This document shows positions 27,599 to 34,416 of a DNA stretch of 64,000 nucleotides, one piece after another. Source of the DNA: an uncultured Actinomycetota bacterium (GTDB lineage Bacteria > Actinomycetota > Actinomycetes > Mycobacteriales > Jatrophihabitantaceae). Location: assembly GCA_963779485.1 (NCBI GenBank), contig CAVZYJ010000014.1, positions 61,960-125,959 of the forward strand, given 5' to 3'. Made by a program: the position numbers and the translations under genes. Below the pieces are notes generated by a model. The model was not told the DNA's origin. It was given only the letters and a program-made list of their open reading frames with translations, and did not search any database. Each line of letters starts with the position of its first letter. Position 1 is the first letter of the stretch.

Positions 27599-28621
27599 CT
27601 AACGCCCCCCTTGGGTGGCACTCATCGTGCACGGCGGATATGAATTGGGACTCTGCAAATCGATGCGCTCATTGGTGCCGGTCGCGCCGGCGGCGGTGAC
27701 CGCCCCACGGGCCCGGGCCAGCTCGTCGCGGAACGGGTTGGGCAAACCCTGGGGCGACAGATCGAAACGAATATCGATGTCGGAGGGTGCCAAGACCTGC
27801 CCGTACTTGGCGGCGTAGGTATCGAACACCACCTTGGCAAGAGCCTGCTTGAGCGTCTTGGGAGGATTGGGGTTGGCGAAGTTGACCAGTTGAGTGTTGT
27901 TCTCCTTGTTCAGTTCGTTGATTCCCAAGTTGACGCAGTTGTTTGGTCCGGACGTGACGGCGTCGTACATGAGCAAATGAGCAATCTTGGCCAATACGGT
28001 GTTCGTATTGTCCACCGGCGACGTGAAGTCCTTTCCCATGGCCTGCGCGATCACCTTTGCGCCGCCGTAGAGACCGTTGACGATGACGTCGCCCCAGTTA
28101 CCCCGATTCGAGGTGCGTTCTGTCGCCGGATCGATCGTCTGCTGGATGACCAGATCCGACTTGGCTGGATCAGGATCGCCATGCAGTACGACAGTGAGCT
28201 TGCCGGTCGTGGGATCGGGCTTGGCCTCGAGTGATTGGAGCTTCGTGCCGATATTCACAATGACGTCCGCGGAATCGGTCAGCGTGTGGTTTCGCAAGTC
28301 ACGAAATGCGGGAACCGCGTTCAGGATCGGAACGGGGTTCGGGTCATGGAGCGTCACTTGCGCGGACACACTCGTCGTCAGGCTTGCGTCGTAGAGGACC
28401 GGCACCGTCAGCGCGGTGGCCTTAAGGTGCCTACTCGTCACACTGCCGTTGACTCGTTCGCTGCTGGCACCCTCGAGCATGGCCAAGAGCCCAAGCACCA
28501 GCCCACCGGCCACAGCGCCGACAACGAGTCTTTTCCGTAGCCGCTGGTTTTCGTTTCTCACGATCCGCCCGTCTGATCGCCGTTGCGAATGTTTGGCCCC
28601 CAGATGCCGCTCTTCCGACAT
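27599..28621 (-). CDS. Hypothetical membrane-anchored exported protein (340 aa), lower-G+C gene
   Basis: N-terminal TM segment (LVVGAVAGGLVLGLLAML) followed by a ~290-aa domain with no recognised family. The long ORF sits in locally AT-richer DNA. Confidence 0.65.
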   Translation of the reverse strand: MSEERHLGAKHSQRRSDGRIVRNENQRLRKRLVVGAVAGGLVLGLLAMLEGASSERVNGSVTSRHLKATALTVPVLYDASLTTSVSAQVTLHDPNPVPILNAVPAFRDLRNHTLTDSADVIVNIGTKLQSLEAKPDPTTGKLTVVLHGDPDPAKSDLVIQQTIDPATERTSNRGNWGDVIVNGLYGGAKVIAQAMGKDFTSPVDNTNTVLAKIAHLLMYDAVTSGPNNCVNLGINELNKENNTQLVNFANPNPPKTLKQALAKVVFDTYAAKYGQVLAPSDIDIRFDLSPQGLPNPFRDELARARGAVTAAGATGTNERIDLQSPNSYPPCTMSATQGGR

Positions 28622-28690
28622 AGTAGTTGATATTTGGCGGACAGTTCCAGTCCGCGATCACCACGACACGCTAGGTGATGGCACGAGCGG

Positions 28691-29359
28691 TCAGGACCCA
28701 GCGTGACGTAGGCCATAGCGATGGCCACGTGCCTCGTCGCGGCGGACGTGCTCCAGGAACTCCGGCGGGCAGACGGTGGCATCGTCGCCGAGCAACCGAG
28801 CTCGGTAGGTAGCCTCCGCGGCGGCCTCGAGGTTGACCGCCCGGCAGAGGGCGAGATCAGCCGTGTCAGCCACGACCAGGCAACCGTGGTGGCGGAGCAG
28901 TACCACGTCGGCGCCGGCCGTGAGCTCTGCGGCCGCTGCCTCGGCGAGCTGGGCCGAACCTGGGTGCAAGTACGGGACTGTCGCGATCGAGCGCAGGTAG
29001 AACGCGTGGTCGGTCGTGATGGTGCGGATAGGGATGTCGAGTCCGTGCAGCAAAGTGGCCACGGGCGGGTGCAGGTGCAGGCTCCAGGTGACGTCCGGCC
29101 GGACCCGCAGCGCCGCGAGGTGCAGCAGGAGCTCGCTGGTCGCGGCGTTCGCGCCCTCGAGGTGCTGCCCGTCGTGCGCGACCAGCACCAGATCGGCGGC
29201 GCTCAGGTCAGCGAGGCTCCATCCGCTCGGTGTCACCCACGCGTGGTCGGCGTCGTCGTCGGCTCGGACGGCGATGTTGCCGCCAGCAGCCACCACGAGC
29301 CCCGCTCCGACGACCGCGCGCCCGAGACCGATCACCCGCTCTCGGATCCGATCGGTCAC
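28691..29359 (-). CDS. Class II aldolase/adducin family protein (MtnB-like methylthioribulose-1-phosphate dehydratase candidate)
   Basis: 222 aa. GGNIAVR...WVTPSG...SELLLHLA...HLHPPVAT...LLRHHGCLVV are class II aldolase motifs. It overlaps the mtnA stop by 4 nt. Confidence 0.75.
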   Translation of the reverse strand: MTDRIRERVIGLGRAVVGAGLVVAAGGNIAVRADDDADHAWVTPSGWSLADLSAADLVLVAHDGQHLEGANAATSELLLHLAALRVRPDVTWSLHLHPPVATLLHGLDIPIRTITTDHAFYLRSIATVPYLHPGSAQLAEAAAAELTAGADVVLLRHHGCLVVADTADLALCRAVNLEAAAEATYRARLLGDDATVCPPEFLEHVRRDEARGHRYGLRHAGS

Positions 29360-30390
29360 GCCGGAGTCTCCCCAGCCGCTGGCCGGACCACTCTTCGCTC
29401 CGTAACCAGTGCGGTGACCAGGTCGGCCGGCGTGACGTCGAAGGCTGGGTTGAGGCCCCGCGCCCCGGTCGGAGCAATCCGAACCGCGCCGACGCTCAGC
29501 ACCTCGTCCTGCGACCTGAGCTCGATCGGCACGGCTGCGCCGTTCGGCGTCTCGGCGTCGACCGTGGACTCGGGCGCGGCGACCACGAACGGCAGCCCGA
29601 CCCGGGCGGCAGCCAGCGCCAGCGGAAACGTTCCCACCTTGTTGACGACATCTCCGTTGGCAGCCACCCGGTCAGCCCCCACGACGACGGCGTCCACCAG
29701 ACCACTCGCGACCACGCCGGGACCGGCGCCATCGACGACGATCTGGTAGTCGGCTCCAAGCCGCTCCAGCTCCCAGGCGGTCAGCCGGCTGCCCTGCAGC
29801 AGCGGTCGGGTCTCGCCCACGTACACCGAGCCGAGCCGGCCCAACGACGACAGCGAGTGGACGACGCCCAGCGCGGTGCCCCATTCCACGGTGGCCAGGG
29901 CTCCTGCGTTGCAGTGTGTGTAGACCCGCACCCGGTCGCTGCCGACGAGGTCGATGAGCAGCCGTGCGCCGGTGGCACCGATAGCCCGGTTCACCTTGCC
30001 GTCCTCGGCCATAACTTGCAGCGCCTCGTCCTTGACTGCGACAGCTCCCTCCGGGAGACGGGCGAGCACCCGATCCACCCCGCGGGCGAGGTTGACCGCG
30101 GTGGGTCGAGCCGCGCGCAGCCGCTCGATGGCGGCCTGCAGCGCGGCGTCGTCCCAGCCCGCGTGCGCGCCTTCCTGGACGGCGAGCAGCACGCCGAGCG
30201 CACCGGCGGCGCCGAGCAGCGGAGCGCCTCGGACGGCCAGCCGTTGGATCGCGTCGATCAACTCGTCCACGGTCGTGATCGACAACTGGCGCTCCTCGCG
30301 GGGCAGCCGAGTTTGATCGAGCAAGACGATATGGTCATCCACCCAGTCGATGCTTCGCACTGGCACCTCCCGCCCCGTCAGCCTGCCCAA
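29356..30390 (-). CDS. mtnA: S-methyl-5-thioribose-1-phosphate isomerase
   Basis: 344 aa. IDWVDDHIVLLDQTRLPREE...AIQRLAVRGAPLLGAAGA...THCNAGALATVEWGTALGV...VVVGADRVAANGDVVNKVGT is typical of the eIF-2B/MtnA family. Confidence 0.9.
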   Translation of the reverse strand: MGRLTGREVPVRSIDWVDDHIVLLDQTRLPREERQLSITTVDELIDAIQRLAVRGAPLLGAAGALGVLLAVQEGAHAGWDDAALQAAIERLRAARPTAVNLARGVDRVLARLPEGAVAVKDEALQVMAEDGKVNRAIGATGARLLIDLVGSDRVRVYTHCNAGALATVEWGTALGVVHSLSSLGRLGSVYVGETRPLLQGSRLTAWELERLGADYQIVVDGAGPGVVASGLVDAVVVGADRVAANGDVVNKVGTFPLALAAARVGLPFVVAAPESTVDAETPNGAAVPIELRSQDEVLSVGAVRIAPTGARGLNPAFDVTPADLVTALVTERRVVRPAAGETPA

Positions 30391-30424
30391 CGACGACCAT
30401 CGTCGCCTACCGTCGATCCGGTCG

Positions 30425-31558
30425 TCAGCGAGCGACCGCGCGAACTAGGCGGCGGACGTCCAAGGCGATCTCGCGCAGCAACCCCGACAGCAGGATGCTG
30501 ATGCCGACGGTGTAGAGGCCGATTGCCCCGGGCGCGCCCCGCGAGCCGATGGTCGGCAGTTCGCGGTCGTCGAGCAGGTTGAGCGGACCGAGAATGGCCT
30601 GCAGCCCGGTCGCATAACCGGTCGCGGCCACCACCGCGTCCGGTGCCGATCGGGAGCGGTCGGCATGGACCACGTCCCGACCGTCGAGGGCGATCACGCC
30701 GCTGCGGATGGCGATGGTGCCCGACCGAACCGCGGCGACGAACCCGTGATCCAGCACCGGCGCCGTGCCGGTGCGTCGAAACTGCGTGTAGGGCGCCTTC
30801 GGTCGGGGCAGGCCGTGCGCGGAAAGATCGGGAACGGTAACCCGACGCATAGCGGTCGCCAGTGGATTGATGATCGCGCCCGGCGCGTAGCGCAGCGCGA
30901 TGCCAACCGTCTGGGTCGGCACTCCGTAGCTGTCTCGACGCAGGATGGTCGGCGGCGTGCGCACGGCCATCTCTACGGTGACGTCCCGGGCGGCCGCCAG
31001 GTCAGCTGCGATCTCGGCCGCGGAGTTGCCCGATCCGACCACTAGGACACGCTGTCCGCGGTACGAGCTCGGATTGCGGTACTCCGACGAGTGGATCACG
31101 GGCGGCCGGAACGTGGCCTGACCGGGCCAGTTCGGAATGCGCGGTTCGGTACACGCTCCGGTCGCCAGCACGACCCGCTCGGCCCGCAGCGGACCGTCCG
31201 ACGTCGACAGCGTCCATCCGTCCCCGTTGTGCGGCATGAGGCCTTGGAGTTCGACGCCAAGCTGTGGCCGGACCTCGAACCGCTGCGCATAGCGTTCGAG
31301 ATAGGCGATGAAGTCGTCGCGGGCCACCCAGGCCCCGAACGTCGACGGAATGGACAGGCCCGGCAGGCCGGACAGCCAGCGAATCGTGTGCAGCCGGAAG
31401 CTGTCGTAGCGGGTTCGCCAGGCCGAGCCGATCGAATCGGCTCGATCGATGACGAGCGTTGGAATGCCGGCACCCTGCAACCGAGCGGCCGCGCTCAGCC
31501 CGGCCGGTCCCGCGCCGACCACGACTACGCGATGCGTCACGGGGCCGACGGTAGTCAC
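30425..31558 (-). CDS. FAD/NAD(P)-binding flavin-containing monooxygenase-like oxidoreductase
   Basis: VVVVGAGPAGLSAAARL...SAWRTRYDSFRLHT...VLVVGSGNSAAEIAADL (two Rossmann motifs). The start is placed at GTG 31558; the track ORF extends to 31597. Confidence 0.8.
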   Translation of the reverse strand: MTTVGPVTHRVVVVGAGPAGLSAAARLQGAGIPTLVIDRADSIGSAWRTRYDSFRLHTIRWLSGLPGLSIPSTFGAWVARDDFIAYLERYAQRFEVRPQLGVELQGLMPHNGDGWTLSTSDGPLRAERVVLATGACTEPRIPNWPGQATFRPPVIHSSEYRNPSSYRGQRVLVVGSGNSAAEIAADLAAARDVTVEMAVRTPPTILRRDSYGVPTQTVGIALRYAPGAIINPLATAMRRVTVPDLSAHGLPRPKAPYTQFRRTGTAPVLDHGFVAAVRSGTIAIRSGVIALDGRDVVHADRSRSAPDAVVAATGYATGLQAILGPLNLLDDRELPTIGSRGAPGAIGLYTVGISILLSGLLREIALDVRRLVRAVAR

Positions 31559-31596
31559 TCGCGGGCCTTTCGAGCTGGCAATTGGCCGCCCGGGCA

Positions 31597-31620
31597 AACA
31601 TCAGCCAGCTGGCTGATGTT
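31597..31620. promoter_or_regulatory. Perfect 24-bp palindrome AACATCAGCCAGCTGGCTGATGTT (copy 1 of 4)
   Basis: Self-complementary. It shares the core ATCNGCCAGCTGGCNGAT with 33401, 37300 and 37432. Confidence 0.6.
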
Positions 31621-31846
31621 GCGTCACGCGGCGGCCGGCAGAGTGGATCCAGTGGAGATTCGGATAGCCCTCGACACAGTCGAGCCGCCGGCCGGCCGGG
31701 TGCGGCGGGTATCGGCCGATGATTGGTCGCCCGGTGGTCAGGGCGAAGGGATCCCCTTTGTTGGTTGGCTGGGCCTGCTGCGAGCGCTCGACGAGCTGAT
31801 GGCGTCGCCCGACGACGCCGCTCCGCAGGATGCCGACCAGTAGCAT
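31616..31846 (+). CDS. Possible small protein (76 aa) immediately upstream of the decayed LuxR paralogue
   Basis: The ATG lies inside palindrome 1. Sequence MLRHAAAGRVDPVEIRIALDTVEPPAGRVRRVSADDWSPGGQGEGIPFVGWLGLLRALDELMASPDD...; the stop is 5 nt before ATG 31854. No RBS was seen. Weak call. Confidence 0.35.
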
Positions 31847-31853
31847 CCGCGGC

Positions 31854-33344
31854 ATGCCCGTCGCAGGACCGTTGACGGCCTTGTACGGGCGGGCGGAGGG
31901 GGGAGCGGCGCTCGTCGCCTGGCCTCGGGGCGACCGGCGCTGGCCTCGTCGAGGGCGAGGCCGGCATCGGCAAGACCGGCTGCTCAGCGAGACGCTGGAC
32001 CGGGCCGCAGCCGAGGATTCAGGTTGCGGTCGGGCACTGCGAAGAGCTGGAGCAGACCGTCCTTCGGGGTCTCGCCGCGCCTCGTATGCACTCGCGTCGC
32101 GATCCGCGGCGCGCCACCGCCCGACGAGGGTCCGATCACCGTGACGAGCGATCCCGGCCTCCAGTTCCGCGCGGTGGACGCCGTCGTCGACCTGGTCGCG
32201 CTGCACACGCCACTCGTCATCGGACTGGACGACCTCCAGTGGGCCGATCCGTCCAGCCTGCTGACGATCAGCACGATCGGCCGTCGCCTGGCCGACCTCC
32301 CGGTAGCGCTCATCGGGTGTTACCGGCCGGCGCCGCGCTCACCCCAGCTAGAGCGGACGGTCGAGTTCCTGCGGGCCGCGAGTGCTCAGGAGCTGAGTGT
32401 TGGCCCGCTCGGCGAGTACGCCGTGGTCGAGTTGGTCGCGGAGATGGTCCCCGCTGAGTGCGGTGAGACGTACAACCTGATAGTCAGCCGCGGCGTGCTG
32501 GCGTTGATCTTCTTCCATCGAAATGACCTTGCCCGCGTTGAGCAGACCGCTGAGGTGGCTGTGCGTCAGCTTGCTGCGACCGGCGCTCGATATCGCGCGC
32601 AGTGGGCGATGTGCGCGCAGGCGCTCGTCCTGAAAGCTCAGGGCAAGATCGCGGAAGCATATGCGACCTCGTCCGAGAGCTGGGATTTCTGCGCCGACCT
32701 CGGGCTGGCGCTGGAGTACCGCGTGCTCGGGCCTGAACTCGTTCGTCTGGCGCTCGCCGTTGGCGACCGGGAACGCGCTGGGGTCGTGTCGGCCGCCGTC
32801 GCCCAGCTGGCGGCAGGCAACAACCTGCCGTCGCTGACCGGCACCGCCTTTGCGCTGCCAGGGATTGGTCGACGGCGATCCGGAGATCCTGAGCGCGGCT
32901 GTCGACGCTTACGCGCGCAGTGCGCGGCTTCTGGAACGGGCGCAAGCCTGCGAGGACGCGGGCGCGGCTTTCGCTCGACAGCGCCGGGTAGATCGGGCTC
33001 GGCCCCTGCTGCGTGACGCCCTCGAAGCCTACGAACGGCTCGACGCCGCTCGCGACGTTGCGCGCACAGAGGCTGGGGTACGCGCTGCTGGCTTCCGGCC
33101 CGGACGCCGTGGAGAGCGCAGCCGGCCACGTGACGGCTGGCCGAGCCTTACGCCGACCGAGCAGACGGTCGCGCAGCTCGTCGCCGAGGGCCTGTCCAAT
33201 CCGCAGATTGGCGATCGTTTGTTCGTGTCGCGCCGGACCGTGCAGACCCACCTCTGGCATGTGTTCGCGAAGCTGGACGTATCGTCTCGGGCCCAGTTGG
33301 CCGCTGAGGTCATGTGCCGCAGCGCGGCCGATCTCGCACGCTGA
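31854..33344 (+). pseudogene. Decayed paralogue of the AAA+/LuxR regulator at 34417..37275 (frameshifts plus large internal deletion)
   Basis: Homologous blocks lie in three frames:
- LVEGEAGIGKT (P-loop)
- RLLSETLDRAAAED
- GPITVTSDPGLQFRAVDAVVDLVA...VIGLDDLQWADPSSLLTISTIGRRLADLPVALIGCYRP
- a direct jump to ...ALIFFHRNDLARVEQ...GARYRAQWA...
- RCQGLVDGDPEILSAAVDAY...LTPTEQTVAQLVAEGLSNPQIGDRLFVSRRTVQTHLWHVFAKLDV (LuxR HTH)

The span is 1491 nt, against 2859 nt for the intact copy. Confidence 0.85.
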
Positions 33345-33400
33345 CCCGAAGGAGAACCCTCGGGTCCGGATCTCGTTGCGCGGCCAGCCGCGGTCGAGGA

Positions 33401-33418
33401 ATCGGCCAGCTGGCCGAT
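33401..33418. promoter_or_regulatory. Perfect 18-bp palindrome ATCGGCCAGCTGGCCGAT (copy 2 of 4)
   Basis: 57 nt after the LuxR-pseudogene stop and 70 nt before ATG 33488. Followed by GTCTTCG. Confidence 0.6.
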
Positions 33419-33487
33419 GTCTTCGTCGTCGCGCGATCGCAGTCTGGAGCCCTCACGTCACCTGCCGACGCCGCGAGGAGGACGACA

Positions 33488-33754
33488 ATGGTCGGTCAGT
33501 CAGCCGTCGAGACGCTTCGCGCCTACGGGTACGACGCCCGCTCTGACGGCTTGGGCAACGTCCAGGCGAGAGTCTGGCAATGGCATGCCGACGACACCCA
33601 GACCGCGTCGTGGGTGGCCGTACCCACCGACCAGGCCGCCCTGCTCGGGTGGCTCGCCAACGCGTTGCGCGACAACGCACGCGGGCGGGTGAGTGTCGCC
33701 GGCGACGCGCGACCAGCAGTTCGTGCCCTCGTCATTGCGGAATCCGCCAGCTAA
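33488..33754 (+). CDS. Hypothetical small protein (88 aa)
   Basis: GAGGAGGA lies 6 nt upstream of ATG 33488. Sequence MVGQSAVETLRAYGYDARSDGLGNVQARVWQWHADDTQTASWVAVPTDQAALLGWLANALRDNA... Confidence 0.5.
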   Translation: MVGQSAVETLRAYGYDARSDGLGNVQARVWQWHADDTQTASWVAVPTDQAALLGWLANALRDNARGRVSVAGDARPAVRALVIAESAS

Positions 33755-33768
33755 CAAGGGAGCCAGTC

Positions 33769-33909
33769 ATGTACCAGCATCTGACCGCGATCGAGGCCGA
33801 CCACCGGCGAGATCACATCGCCAGAGAGTTCCGGAAGGCCGAGCGCCGGTACCGGCGCGCCGAAGCCACCAGGCCCGAGCGCCGCTGGCGTACCGGCCGT
33901 CGACCGTAG
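33769..33909 (+). CDS. Possible small basic protein (46 aa)
   Basis: AAGGGAG lies 7 nt upstream of ATG 33769. Sequence MYQHLTAIEADHRRDHIAREFRKAERRYRRAEATRPERRWRTGRRP. Weak call. Confidence 0.35.
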   Translation: MYQHLTAIEADHRRDHIAREFRKAERRYRRAEATRPERRWRTGRRP

Positions 33910-34060
33910 TTCGCCGTCCGCGCCCCGATTCGACCCGCGGCCCGGAGCACTCTCGTACCATCGTTGATGCACCGAGATGGCAAGGCCAACTGGTACTTCC
34001 TGACCTGGCTCGGACGGACGACCCCCGATGGTTCTCCGTCGAGCTGCGGGAACCATAGCG

Positions 34061-34106
34061 GCCGGCGACTGTCCGGAGGCCGGCGACTGTCCGGAGGCCG
34101 GCGACT
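34061..34106. repeat. 18-bp tandem repeat GCCGGCGACTGTCCGGAG, about 2.6 copies
   Basis: Exact copies at 34061-34078 and 34079-34096, and a partial third copy at 34097-34106. Located in intergenic DNA upstream of the intact LuxR gene. Confidence 0.8.
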
Positions 34107-34416
34107 TTCGCTGGCTTCGGCAGCCACTGCGGGCTCGGTTCACCACACGGGCGGCGCCGGCCGGGGAGGTCGAGCGGTAGCGAGCCCGACCGCCGTCGAG
34201 CGCAAACCGGACGACTCCCGCGGTCATTTGCGACCGTGATCTTGGACTTGCTGCCTCAGGGCGACGCTTACTCGAAGATCACGATGCCAGCGGCGGATGG
34301 TCCTGCCGCCATGAGCGGCCCGAAAGCGATTTCGGACGCGACGAGGAAACCGCGCCAGATGCTGTCCGATGTGACGCAGGCTGGACGCCAGGCCCGCCTC
34401 CGGCACTAGCATCGAC

